Below are positions 19,847 to 30,123 of a DNA stretch of 64,000 bases, one piece after another (position 1 is the stretch's first letter; every line of letters starts with the position of its first letter). The position numbers were made by a program, and so were the translations under genes. The notes beneath the pieces are model-generated. The model saw nothing but the letters and a program-made list of their open reading frames with translations, was not told where the DNA came from and made no database searches. The stretch spans positions 473,173 through 537,172 of the forward strand of contig CP070695.1 of the NCBI GenBank assembly GCA_020353515.1, in the 5' to 3' direction. Source of the DNA: Candidatus Heimdallarchaeota archaeon (GTDB lineage Archaea > Asgardarchaeota > Heimdallarchaeia > Hodarchaeales > Hodarchaeaceae).

Positions 19847-20716
19847 GTGAAATTGTCAGCACTACCAAGTAGAAAATTATTCTTGAAGGAAACAAAATTA
19901 AAAGTTAGGGTGACAACTATCATGGCTCCAACTGGTGTTCATGGTTTATTAGGATTATTAATCGCTAGTAAACTAGACCGAAAACATAGCTATACCAGAA
20001 TGGGGCTGGTGACTGGTTCTGTTATGCCTGATCTAGACCTTCTTGGTAGTGTTTTAATATTCATAATGACTGCGGATACAGAGTTAACTTTAGCATTCCA
20101 TCGTTCAGTAACCCATAGCCTTATTGTGATTGGATTGATTCTTCTTATTGGTTTTCTTGGTAACCTCAAGTATGAATCAGTTAGTTCAATTTATTTCCCA
20201 TTTATTCTTGGATTCGTTGTAGGAGTGTTGTTACATATTACCCTAGATTTAATTTATTTTGATGGAGTTACGCTTTTTTGGCCTCTCCAACCTCTTGATG
20301 ATCGAATCTATATCCTTCCATTCACCTACAACGATCTTTCTCCTAATTATAATTCTTTGTCTGCAAAAATCATAGGTACAATTGATGGACATGCTGAACT
20401 CTTATTTTATATCGTATTTGCATATCTAGCAAATAGATACCATACTAATCAAGAGATTACTTTGGGGTGGTCTTCTAGGAGGTTCAAGATCTATAATTGG
20501 CCAAAAAAATTAACTTGGTTCTCAATTTTCTTAATCTTTGAGATGTTATTCTTCCTAGGTTTAGCTATTTTTTCGATCACATGGCCTAGTCTTGACCGAG
20601 ATGCTTTTTTTATTCTTCTCTATATCCCTCTTACCCCTGTATATCTCTTGAGTGGTTTACTCCCCCTAATAATGCGCGAGACAATCTTTCATCTTGGAAC
20701 TGATAAAGGTCAATAG
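19847..20716 (+). CDS. Membrane-bound metal-dependent hydrolase (YdjM-like); likely start ATG 19922
   Basis: H..., PDLD, HRSVTHSL, HITLD, LFWP motifs. Confidence 0.8.
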   Translation: MKLSALPSRKLFLKETKLKVRVTTIMAPTGVHGLLGLLIASKLDRKHSYTRMGLVTGSVMPDLDLLGSVLIFIMTADTELTLAFHRSVTHSLIVIGLILLIGFLGNLKYESVSSIYFPFILGFVVGVLLHITLDLIYFDGVTLFWPLQPLDDRIYILPFTYNDLSPNYNSLSAKIIGTIDGHAELLFYIVFAYLANRYHTNQEITLGWSSRRFKIYNWPKKLTWFSIFLIFEMLFFLGLAIFSITWPSLDRDAFFILLYIPLTPVYLLSGLLPLIMRETIFHLGTDKGQ

Positions 20717-20988
20717 CGAACAATATGTACTGAACAGGTGTCGATACGATTATATTCATTACTTAGTAATTGTAGAGAGAATAAAAGGATTGATTAAAAA
20801 TTACTCAAAAAAGACCTTAAGATAATATGTAAGTGATGTCCTTAGAAAGCTCTATAATTGGAGAGAAAGTAATAGTTACCTTTTTAATGTAATCTACAAT
20901 TGTTATAGTAATGCTTGGATACTGTTCTAAATCAAATATTAAATCCTGATTCGAATATTATTTAATTTTACATTAAGAGGCAAAATAC

Positions 20989-21573
20989 ATGAGTATGAGG
21001 GAATATAAAGACCAAGTGAGGAATATACGCAAGTCATCACTCGCCTTAATACTTGCCTCGAATAAAATTCAGAGAATACTTTCTCATTTCAATTTACCTC
21101 CGATTTCATACCAAGAGAAAGTTCTACGGGCAAAAAAAAATCTTAATATCATTTATCTTACTTCCACTCAAAGAGGGATCATTGAAGAAATTTCCAAGGA
21201 GATGTCTTCGCTTCTTCCTTTTCATGATTTTGTAATTAGAGGCTTTCTTTGGCGCTCAATTAGACAGTGGCAACGAAAACATAACCAACCTATCATATTA
21301 GTTGCTGGAATGGATCGAGTAAGGCAGTTCAGGGTAGGAATAGAGATATTAAACTTCACAAGACAATATTTAAATCGAGCAATGTATGTTCCAAATAAAA
21401 AGCTGAAAAAACGGTTTCTAAATGATGTCTTTCGAAAAATAAGTGAATATTATGAGGAACTCCTCGCAGTACGAGCATTTATTAATGATCCTGACAATGA
21501 AGAGATATTACTGGATTATGAGATAGAAACATGGTTAGAAAATAATGCTGCCCTGTTTCCTCTCAAGAAATAA
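20989..21573 (+). CDS. Hypothetical basic protein
   Basis: 194-aa ORF with ATG behind GAGG; no recognised motif. Confidence 0.65.
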   Translation: MSMREYKDQVRNIRKSSLALILASNKIQRILSHFNLPPISYQEKVLRAKKNLNIIYLTSTQRGIIEEISKEMSSLLPFHDFVIRGFLWRSIRQWQRKHNQPIILVAGMDRVRQFRVGIEILNFTRQYLNRAMYVPNKKLKKRFLNDVFRKISEYYEELLAVRAFINDPDNEEILLDYEIETWLENNAALFPLKK

Positions 21574-21643
21574 CATTCTTTCTTTATTAATGACTTATTT
21601 TCGCTTTTAATAAATCCATGAAAGACATTAAAGAACAAATTAG

Positions 21644-22936
21644 ATGTGCTTCTTTGAACATACAATGAATCTTTATACAAGGAGAGATATCCTCAACACA
21701 ATAAAATCATTGAATTACAATGTGAAACTAGTATTTACGTTTAGTATCCTCCAGTCAATCGGCCGTGGCATTTGGATGGGAAATATTCTTAGTTCATACA
21801 TTTTTCTCATTGCTAACGAATCAAATGAACTGCTAGGACTAACGTCAGCTATCACAGGTTTAGCAATGACAATGACTGTTCTACCTGCAGGATACTTCTC
21901 TGACCGTTTCCCCCGAGATAGGATCCTAAGGGGAGCCTCCATAGTAGGGTTTATCGGACTTGTTTGTGCGCTTTTAGCTACTGATATTATAATGATCTTT
22001 GTTGCTTTACTCTTTTGGGGATTATTTCAAGGAATGAATAGGCCTAGTTTAGAAGCCATCTTTGCAGATAGTGTAGAATCAGGTAATAGATCTAGAATCT
22101 ATGCCTGGAACCATTTATCAAGACAGATAGCAATGGCAAGTGGGCCATTTGTAAATATAATACTCTTTTTATTTTTAGGAGACGTTTGGGAAATTCAAAT
22201 ACTAAAAATAGTCATGATTTCTGGTCTACTAATTTCTATGTCATCACTAGCTGTGATGAATCTTTTCGATGACAAAAAAAGTCTGGGAAAGGCAAGTGAA
22301 CATTTAGATATTGTACCTACATCAGAATTTAACTCTAATGATGACAATAACATGTTTCGCGGGAGTCTTCTAATTACGATAATTTTATTGATTTCTAACT
22401 TGATCATCGGATTTGGAGCAGGTATGACAATCAAGTTTTTTCCAATTTTTTTCATGAAACAATATAATTTGACTCCCATCCCTGTCCAACTAATAATGGG
22501 GACTACTTCAATAATAACAGGATTTACAAGCATATTCGCTCAAAGATCCTCTCTAAAAAGAGGAAGAGCGGAGATGATATTTATTGTTCAAGGAATAGCA
22601 ACAGTTTGTTTGTTTGTAATTTCCTTTTATCCCCCAATAATCATACTTGTACCAATCTTTCTTGCCAGAGGGTCTCTTATGAACGCATCACAACCTCTTA
22701 GTCGTTCTATTTTGATGGATGTAGTTCCAAAAAGAAATAGAGGAAAAGTAAATTCTTTACAGGCCCTTGCTTGGGGAATGTTTTGGAATTTCTCTGCTGC
22801 TATTGGAGGGTTTCTGATAGGACCAAGTAATAATTTTAGATCGTGCTTTATAGTTACAACAAGTCTTTATGTTATAGGTACCCTTCTGATTCTCGTTATA
22901 ATCCCGTTTGTTGCAAAAGAAAAACATGCAACCTAA
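21644..22936 (+). CDS. MFS transporter
   Basis: About 12 TM helices; GYFSDRFPR motif A. Confidence 0.88.
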   Translation: MCFFEHTMNLYTRRDILNTIKSLNYNVKLVFTFSILQSIGRGIWMGNILSSYIFLIANESNELLGLTSAITGLAMTMTVLPAGYFSDRFPRDRILRGASIVGFIGLVCALLATDIIMIFVALLFWGLFQGMNRPSLEAIFADSVESGNRSRIYAWNHLSRQIAMASGPFVNIILFLFLGDVWEIQILKIVMISGLLISMSSLAVMNLFDDKKSLGKASEHLDIVPTSEFNSNDDNNMFRGSLLITIILLISNLIIGFGAGMTIKFFPIFFMKQYNLTPIPVQLIMGTTSIITGFTSIFAQRSSLKRGRAEMIFIVQGIATVCLFVISFYPPIIILVPIFLARGSLMNASQPLSRSILMDVVPKRNRGKVNSLQALAWGMFWNFSAAIGGFLIGPSNNFRSCFIVTTSLYVIGTLLILVIIPFVAKEKHAT

Positions 22937-22955
22937 TATTTCTTTATTTTTTCCT

Positions 22956-23774
22956 CTATTTTTGATGTGCTAAGCGCCATTTGATCACATCAACATATTT
23001 TGGGTTTATTTCACACGCTACATATGATAATGAATGATTTAAAGCAGAAACCAGAGTAGTTCCTGCTCCTGCAAACCAATCTGCAATAATGTCTCCAGGT
23101 TGAGCTGTAATTTCAATACATCGATCAATTAAACGGAGAGGTTTTTGGGATTTAATCCAATAAGATGGATCAGGATATGCCTCTCGGTAAGCCAATTCAT
23201 CTTTCCCTTTATTATTAGGAATATCCCAAACTGATCGGAGTTGTTTATTCGCTTCTTTTAACCTGTCGAAAGAATAGCTTAATTTTTTTATAGTATTATA
23301 ATTATAATTCCATAGATCACTTTTACCTATCCATAGAATATTTTCATGAGACGCAGTGAGGCATTTTTGGGATAAATTGGGGAATGCGTTCCTTTTAAAC
23401 CATATTATCTCATTTATAATATTGAAATTTGCAGAAAGCGCAAAATAATTAATAATACCAATATTGTGATAGGTACCACAAATAAACATGGTTCCTGTTT
23501 GTTTTAAAACACGATAACTTTCCTGCAGCATTTTTTTAATTAAAATACAATAATCATCAAACGAAAAAGTATCCCATTCTTCATTTATTATCTGCCAATC
23601 CCCCCCAAATCCTTCTTGTTTCTTGATATTTTTCATAGATAAAGGTTTTTTACTGCCTGATGATATTGCATAAGGGGGATCCGTTATAATAAGATCGATG
23701 GATTCATCAGGAAGCAATGGAAGGAATTTTAAACAATCTTCGTTGATGATTGAATTAATGGGGATATTTTTCAT
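22956..23774 (-). CDS. Beta-class adenine DNA methyltransferase (DpnA/CcrM-like)
   Basis: TDPPY, GTYHNI, IWFKRNAFPN..SHENILW, QKP, DWFAGAGTT. Confidence 0.88.
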   Translation of the reverse strand: MKNIPINSIINEDCLKFLPLLPDESIDLIITDPPYAISSGSKKPLSMKNIKKQEGFGGDWQIINEEWDTFSFDDYCILIKKMLQESYRVLKQTGTMFICGTYHNIGIINYFALSANFNIINEIIWFKRNAFPNLSQKCLTASHENILWIGKSDLWNYNYNTIKKLSYSFDRLKEANKQLRSVWDIPNNKGKDELAYREAYPDPSYWIKSQKPLRLIDRCIEITAQPGDIIADWFAGAGTTLVSALNHSLSYVACEINPKYVDVIKWRLAHQK

Positions 23775-23926
23775 ATCTATTTCATTAGCAAATATTTTCT
23801 TAAATTATTATTTTTTTTTTCTTAATCGTTCAAAAAACTAATTAGCAAGAAAAAAACTGAGCTAGCTGAAGTTTTTTGACTTTTTAGTACACAATATTGA
23901 TTGTATTGCCTATCTCTACCGAATAA

Positions 23927-24379
23927 ATGAGAATATTTACCATGATAAATCCTGAAGCTAAGAATTTTGATGTGAAAGCAACAGCTATATGGGAAGAGGA
24001 AAAAAGAGGGCATTTTGTTACTACTGAATGGAAAACGCCTCTCCCGTTTAGTTGTCCCTCTTCATTCGGAGGAATAGATCTTCCTTCTCCCGAAGATTTA
24101 TTCCTCGCGTCTGTTGCTACTTGCACATTAGCTACAATTCTTCAAATATGTGATAGATTACATACGAAGCCAGAATCCCTAAGTGTTGCCACAACTTCTA
24201 CAGTTCAGTTTAATGAATCAAAAAGCGATTATGAATTCTCTTCAATCAAGTGTATAATAAATATCAGTGGTGATAAGTTTCTCTTAGAACGAGCATGTGA
24301 TCTTATACACAAATATTGCCTTATAGGAAAGAATATCAAACCAACGATCACCTACGACATAAACATCGATCAAGTGTAA
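23927..24379 (+). CDS. OsmC family protein
   Basis: FGG..PSPEDLFLASVATC and HKYCLI cysteines. Confidence 0.85.
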   Translation: MRIFTMINPEAKNFDVKATAIWEEEKRGHFVTTEWKTPLPFSCPSSFGGIDLPSPEDLFLASVATCTLATILQICDRLHTKPESLSVATTSTVQFNESKSDYEFSSIKCIINISGDKFLLERACDLIHKYCLIGKNIKPTITYDINIDQV

Positions 24380-24493
24380 GGTTGATACAGTTGAACTCCT
24401 GCATTCTATTAGATGGGACATTAATCTTGCACTCTTTTTGATTTTATATTCCCAGTTCTAAAGGATTTTATATTATGATTTTTACAATAATGA

Positions 24494-25411
24494 TTGATTA
24501 ACGTGAAAATAAAGTCAAATCTCTTTAAAAGAGTTAAGTTCTGCTATAGTTTGTTGCTAATCCTCCTTTTCCTAGGGGTCAACTGGTCTAGTGCCTCCAG
24601 CAACCTCTCTGAAGTCCAACCTGATGATTCCTGGGACTTTGAAATACAAAAAGCCTATATGGTCTTCACCTATTCTCCAGGACCTTTTAATTTTAGATCC
24701 TCAACCCAAGGCTATCGGCTAGGAAACACCATTGTTCCTGTACAGGAAGAAATTGCTGTGACAGTGATTTCCATTGAAACAAGTCCTCAACCCACTATTA
24801 TTTACCAGATTACTTGGAAAAATACGTCGGTGGTGGTTAATACATCCTCTTTATTGGTTGAAAATGGACTCCAAGAATCACTAGGTCGTGGAGTGCTGGG
24901 TTCTGGTTTTGATTTCTTATTTAGTGATTCAGGGGTCACTGTAGGAGATTGGGTTTTTATAGTGCCTATTGATAAATTATCGTCTTCTCCTATACACGTC
25001 TGGAACCAATCAACTTTACCAGGTGCAATAGAAGGAATGGAGACAATTCTAGATTTAGGAGATGAGGAGAATGAGAAGGATTATCACATGTGGATAAAGT
25101 ATGAGGGGAAAATGGACAACGACAGCTTAGAGATAAATTTTCAATTCACCTTTGAAACATCGTTTCGTTGGGAAAAGAACACAGGTGTACTTTTAGCTTA
25201 TGAAATATTTGCTTCTATGGAGGGCGAATACCAAAGTTACGCTGCTAATTTCAATCTTGAGTTAAAGCTAGAACGGACAGATAATGCTGAATTTTTTGGG
25301 AATAATGTTTCTGGATTTGATCTACTCATCCTGATGACTGGATTTATGATGATAATTTTCATTAGAAAATTCCTTCGTTATTCCAAATTTAAAACTTTCA
25401 AGCAAGGATGA
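24494..25411 (+). CDS. Secreted/surface protein with C-terminal xGF-TM-basic anchor
   Basis: Signal peptide, WEKNTGVLL motif, VSGF followed by a TM helix and RKFLR. Confidence 0.7.
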   Translation: MINVKIKSNLFKRVKFCYSLLLILLFLGVNWSSASSNLSEVQPDDSWDFEIQKAYMVFTYSPGPFNFRSSTQGYRLGNTIVPVQEEIAVTVISIETSPQPTIIYQITWKNTSVVVNTSSLLVENGLQESLGRGVLGSGFDFLFSDSGVTVGDWVFIVPIDKLSSSPIHVWNQSTLPGAIEGMETILDLGDEENEKDYHMWIKYEGKMDNDSLEINFQFTFETSFRWEKNTGVLLAYEIFASMEGEYQSYAANFNLELKLERTDNAEFFGNNVSGFDLLILMTGFMMIIFIRKFLRYSKFKTFKQG

Positions 25412-25513
25412 CTTAAGTGACAACTAAGGAAAAATCAAAGTAGTACAAGTCCCAATATTTTATTTTTATTGGTTTCGCCTTAAGGTATTACATTTCCTTC
25501 TTGATTATTTCTC

Positions 25514-25573
25514 TGTAAAAAATATTTGATTTGATGTAAAAAGTATTTTACTGGATGTAAAAAAGTTTTGACA
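25514..25573. promoter_or_regulatory. Three tandem imperfect palindromes TGTAAAA-N4-TTT(T/G)A(CA) at 21-bp period; putative operator
   Basis: TGTAAAAA starts at 25514, 25535 and 25556, about 110-170 bp upstream of the ABC operon. Confidence 0.65.
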
Positions 25574-25682
25574 CTTTATTCCGAACTGTTCGAGTCTATA
25601 GATTTATATCAATATCAGGATCCCTTATCAAACGGATTTTACGCTAATATACAGACAGTTGATACAATAAGGGTGTGTAAAA

Positions 25683-25940
25683 ATGTATATGGATCTCATA
25701 GATTTCCAAAATATGATTTGGGTAATATTACCTTTACTGGTCATCCAACTATCTTTGATGATCATTGCTCTAAGGGATTGGTATGAAAACCGGATGATAT
25801 TAAGTCAAAATCGGAGCATATGGCTTATAATAATTCTTTTTTTTAGTATGATAGGGCCAATCATCTACCTATTATTTAGTCAAAGATTAATCAAGAAAAA
25901 TACACTTGTAGATAAAAGTATGGATGATTGGAGCGTGTAA
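25683..25940 (+). CDS. PLDc_N-domain small membrane protein (YxlE-like)
   Basis: ALRD..WLIIILFFSMIGPIIYL motif. Confidence 0.8.
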   Translation: MYMDLIDFQNMIWVILPLLVIQLSLMIIALRDWYENRMILSQNRSIWLIIILFFSMIGPIIYLLFSQRLIKKNTLVDKSMDDWSV

Positions 25941-26872
25941 TCATTTCAGCCATTGAAATCCAAGATTTATCTAAGAATTATGGTTCAATACGAGCATTAG
26001 ATTCTATTCAGATCAATGTAACTACTGGATCAATTTATGGATACTTAGGGCCCAACGGAGCTGGAAAAACAACAACGATGAAAATTCTAGTAGGACTTCT
26101 TCATTATCAATCAGGATCCGTCAAAATATTTGGTCAAGAAGTCAAGAAAGCCCCAAATGAGATACGGAATTATGTGGGATTCCTTCCAGATGCTGAATTG
26201 CCCCAAAATAGTTCTATTGAAAGATTCCTTACTTTAACTGCAAAAATGAATAATCTAACAGGAAGAAAGAATTGCATTTCAGAAGTTTTGAATAAATTGG
26301 GCCTTTCGAAACTTAGAAATCGGAAAATTAGTAATTTATCAAGAGGACAAAAACAAAGAGTAGGACTTGCAAACGCTTTATTGACTGATCCCCCATTATT
26401 GATTCTTGATGAACCCAATAGGGGGCTAGATCCAATAGCTCGGATGAAAGTCCTTGCTCTTTTAAAGAATTTAGCTAAAGAAGGAATAACTATATTTTTA
26501 TCGTCCCATATAATTGGAGAAATAGAAAAAATTGCTACTGATATAGCAATAATTCATCAAGGAAAAATAATTGAGCAAGGTAAAAGATCAGAGCTACAAG
26601 GACAGATTTTAGAGCATAAAAGATATCTTATCACTGGAGAATTGGATATAAAGAAAGTAGCTAATTTTAATTATATTTCATCCTGTAAAATCGATTGTCT
26701 TGGACGATACAATATTGTTGCGTCTGGAAATGTAACTGAAGAACAATTATTGTTGGATTTAATCCAGGAAGCTAATTCTCGTATTAAATCCTTTTCCTCT
26801 GCGGAAACTAGCTTGGAAGATTTGTTTCTGGGAAGTATTAATGAGAAAATCAAGGAAGGTGTTGTGATATGA
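25928..26872 (+). CDS. ABC transporter ATP-binding protein
   Basis: GPNGAGKT, LSRGQ, LILDEP, SSH. Confidence 0.95.
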   Translation: MERVIISAIEIQDLSKNYGSIRALDSIQINVTTGSIYGYLGPNGAGKTTTMKILVGLLHYQSGSVKIFGQEVKKAPNEIRNYVGFLPDAELPQNSSIERFLTLTAKMNNLTGRKNCISEVLNKLGLSKLRNRKISNLSRGQKQRVGLANALLTDPPLLILDEPNRGLDPIARMKVLALLKNLAKEGITIFLSSHIIGEIEKIATDIAIIHQGKIIEQGKRSELQGQILEHKRYLITGELDIKKVANFNYISSCKIDCLGRYNIVASGNVTEEQLLLDLIQEANSRIKSFSSAETSLEDLFLGSINEKIKEGVVI

Positions 26873-27624
26873 ATATCAACGTATTTTTCATTCAATTGAA
26901 AAGCAGTTTGTGGGATGAACGATACAAATTCATGATACTGCTGATTATATTTGTTTTTCAAGTTCTTTCGAGTATTATTTCAATTTTTTATATGGAAGAA
27001 TTACTCGCTCTTTTTGAATTCGATTTTATAAATCCAATACCTCCTACAGGGGAAGCTGCATTTCAAGATTTCTTTGGAGACCAATTTTTCTTTGGTATAA
27101 TCATAATGACACTAGGTACTATGACTATATTTGCCAGTGATATTGAGAATGGTTCAATTAGTTTCTCGCTTTCAAGACCAATTAGTCGAACTCATTATGC
27201 TTCCGCAAAAATGATCGCTAGAATCAGCGCTCTCGTTACCCCTTTCATTATCGCCTCTTTGGTGGGATGGGTATATATGGGAATTACTTTTGAAATATTT
27301 CCTTTTGAAAGGTTTTTATGGGCCCTTCTTCCTTTAGGATTATTTTTCATCTACTTGGGGGTAACAACAAGCGCTTTAAGTACGCGAACTTCAACATTAA
27401 CAGCTGGGTTGGTTGCAATTGGAATTTTTATTATTCAGTTCACTATATCTGCTTTCGAACCACTTGAACTCCTCTCTCCATTTACTTTTTCGAATCTTTG
27501 GGTGGAAACATTAAGTAATTCCAACATCACCCAAGAGATAATAGCAAAAATTTGTCTACTTATAGGATGGATATTAATACCGACAGGATTAACACTATTT
27601 TCTTTTAAAACAAGAGATCTTTAA
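26869..27624 (+). CDS. ABC-2 type permease
   Basis: Six TM helices, DIENGS..LSRPISR..AK; ATGA-coupled to the ATPase gene. Confidence 0.88.
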   Translation: MNINVFFIQLKSSLWDERYKFMILLIIFVFQVLSSIISIFYMEELLALFEFDFINPIPPTGEAAFQDFFGDQFFFGIIIMTLGTMTIFASDIENGSISFSLSRPISRTHYASAKMIARISALVTPFIIASLVGWVYMGITFEIFPFERFLWALLPLGLFFIYLGVTTSALSTRTSTLTAGLVAIGIFIIQFTISAFEPLELLSPFTFSNLWVETLSNSNITQEIIAKICLLIGWILIPTGLTLFSFKTRDL

Positions 27625-27637
27625 GTAATGAAAAAGA

Positions 27638-28396
27638 TCATGTCTTACCATCTTCTTTCTTTCCCTTAAAAACTTCCATAAACTTCCCACCAAAAGAAAG
27701 ATACAGATAGATTAAAGATAGGAGGAGGCTAGTACTAACAAGGAGTATTCCGATAAGAAATCCATTTGAAAATGCTAAATCAAGATCCATTTCAGGGAAC
27801 ATAAGTAAAAATCCAATCAGATTTGTAAGAAATACTGCAAATAATAATAATCGATTTCCTGGAGCAAAATAAATCCAAAGAAAATTGTTTATTAAAAATA
27901 ATGACCAAATAACTCTAGTTCTGTATACAAACAAAAAAATACTAACTCCAGCTAGACTGAAAAAGAATAATCCAATTAGAAATGTTGGGGGAGAAGAAGT
28001 AAAGACCACACCTAAGAACAAGAAAAAGATCCACCAAGATCCCAAAACTGTTTCATATGGGGTTAATTGAGAAAAACCTAAATAGAGATCGGAGAAAGGA
28101 GAAGGTTTAGATTCACTTGCTAAATCCAAAAGAAGAGCGGATCGTTTTCCTAAATGAGTCAATGAATACTTCCCTTCTTGATCTTTTTCAACCATACGGG
28201 CTTTATTCAGTAACAAAAGATGATATGCGACGTTACTAGAAGCAGGTAGATTCAATAAATTAAGGAAAACAGAATATGCGATAGGTTCGCGTTTATTATG
28301 TAACATTCGCAGAATCTGTCTTCGAATTTCATGATTTAATGCTTTAAGAACGTCTGTAATGTCACCTTCTGTATTGTCCATTCTCACATTTTCCAT
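27638..28396 (-). CDS. ArsR-type winged-helix regulator with C-terminal TM helices
   Basis: KALNHEIRRQIL..VAYHL..YSLTHLG followed by a hydrophobic region. Confidence 0.8.
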   Translation of the reverse strand: MENVRMDNTEGDITDVLKALNHEIRRQILRMLHNKREPIAYSVFLNLLNLPASSNVAYHLLLLNKARMVEKDQEGKYSLTHLGKRSALLLDLASESKPSPFSDLYLGFSQLTPYETVLGSWWIFFLFLGVVFTSSPPTFLIGLFFFSLAGVSIFLFVYRTRVIWSLFLINNFLWIYFAPGNRLLLFAVFLTNLIGFLLMFPEMDLDLAFSNGFLIGILLVSTSLLLSLIYLYLSFGGKFMEVFKGKKEDGKT

Positions 28397-28578
28397 CTTA
28401 AGTGATTAGAAGTATTACTATATCACAAGTCCTTTGAAAGAATTTAGAGTTTTTTCACAATAATGAACTATTGTACTCAAATATTTTTCTTATATACTAA
28501 TTAAACCAAAAATTCTTTTTCACATAAGTTTTTTTTAACTCTGACTAGAACTCCACAATTTGACAAATTAAAGATAAT

Positions 28579-29985
28579 GTGATGCTGATGGATTCAGATG
28601 AGTGCATAACTGCAGTCATGATTGGTGCTGGAAATCGCGGCAAAGATGTGTATGGACAATACGCTCTAGATCATCCTCATGAACTGAAGTTCATTGCTGT
28701 TGCTGAACCTCATTCTGTCAGGAGAAATCAATTTGCCCGAGCTCACTTTATTCCTTCTTCAGGTCAATACGAAACCTGGGAGGATTTATTACAATCAAAG
28801 ATCGCTGAGGCAGCATTTATTTGTACTCAGGATCGGAAGCACACAGCACCAGCTTTAAAAGCGTTAAATCTTGGATATAATGTGTTATTAGAAAAACCTA
28901 TGGCTACTAAAATTGATGAATGTATTCTCTTAACGAAAAAAGCAGAGGAAGTGAAAAAACAACTTCGAATTGCCCATGTATTACGATATACTCCCTTCTT
29001 TCAGAAAATTTACGAAATTATTCAATCTGGTCAAATAGGAGACGTAATTACAATTGATCATCGTGAAAATGTCTCTTACTGGCACATGGCACACTCATTT
29101 GTAAGAGGACATTGGGCTAAAGAAAAATCTTCAAGTCCGATGATCCTTGCAAAATCATGTCATGATTTAGACATTCTTTACTGGCTTGTAGGAAGCTCTC
29201 CGCGAATCATAAGCTCTTTTGGTAGCTTAACTCATTTCAAACCCGATAATGCACCTTCTGGGGCAACAAAACGGTGTCTAGATGGTTGCAATTCTATTGA
29301 CTCCTGTAAATATTATGCACCCCGAATTTACATAGATATTATTCCCCTCCTTCGTATTGCGCAAATCGGGGGATCCAGAAAAGTGCACTTTATAGCAAAT
29401 TTAGCTTTAAAACACCCACGAATCTTCTCAAAGCTGAAAGGTCTCCCCCTTTTCCGTCAAGTTGATGCTTATCAAGGATGGCCAGTTTCAACAATAACAG
29501 AGGATTTATCAATCGAAGGTAAATGGAATGCCTTGAGAAACAGTCCTTACGGATCTTGTGTTTATTTCGCTGATAGCGATGTTGTAGATCATCAAGTAAC
29601 GATTATTGAATTTGAGAATAGTGTAACTGCTACTTTTACCATGCACGGACATTCCCATCTGGAGGGAAGAACAATTCGTATAGATGGCACAAAAGGAACT
29701 TTGATTGGAGAATTTCTTGCCTCTGGGGAAAGAATTATCTTCTATAATCACCTTAAAGAGACAGAAGACATCATCTTTAATAAAAAAATGCAATCCAGGA
29801 GTGGCCATGGAGGAGGAGATCTTGGTTTGGTTGAATCATTTATTAAATCATTACACGAAGAAACTAAGGAACCTTTAACTAGTGCTTCTGCTTCATTAGA
29901 AAGCCATATAATGGCCTTTGCAGCAGAAGAAGCTCGGTTAACGGATAATACTATCAAGATGGACGAATTTAAGAACCGTTTTTAG
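28579..29985 (+). CDS. Gfo/Idh/MocA family oxidoreductase
   Basis: IGAGNRG, LEKP, KSCHDLD, GHGGGD. Confidence 0.92.
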   Translation: MMLMDSDECITAVMIGAGNRGKDVYGQYALDHPHELKFIAVAEPHSVRRNQFARAHFIPSSGQYETWEDLLQSKIAEAAFICTQDRKHTAPALKALNLGYNVLLEKPMATKIDECILLTKKAEEVKKQLRIAHVLRYTPFFQKIYEIIQSGQIGDVITIDHRENVSYWHMAHSFVRGHWAKEKSSSPMILAKSCHDLDILYWLVGSSPRIISSFGSLTHFKPDNAPSGATKRCLDGCNSIDSCKYYAPRIYIDIIPLLRIAQIGGSRKVHFIANLALKHPRIFSKLKGLPLFRQVDAYQGWPVSTITEDLSIEGKWNALRNSPYGSCVYFADSDVVDHQVTIIEFENSVTATFTMHGHSHLEGRTIRIDGTKGTLIGEFLASGERIIFYNHLKETEDIIFNKKMQSRSGHGGGDLGLVESFIKSLHEETKEPLTSASASLESHIMAFAAEEARLTDNTIKMDEFKNRF

Positions 29986-30123
29986 AATAATTCTTGAGAA
30001 TGAGGAATTACAATTTTTTCTCAATATATAGAAAAATTTTGAATACTCTAAAGGAATAGTGAAGTTTACCTTCACCATACAATAAAATTCGAAAAAGCTT
30101 ATTTTAACTCTTTCTCAAAAATC

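Noticed and set aside
11508-20866. Identical 14-mer TATAATTGGAGAGA at 11508 and 20853, each upstream of a hypothetical gene
   Set aside because: Only two copies in AT-rich DNA; chance cannot be excluded without a genome-wide scan
25514-25573. CRISPR-like array
   Set aside because: 21-bp period with no spacers and no cas genes; fits an operator better
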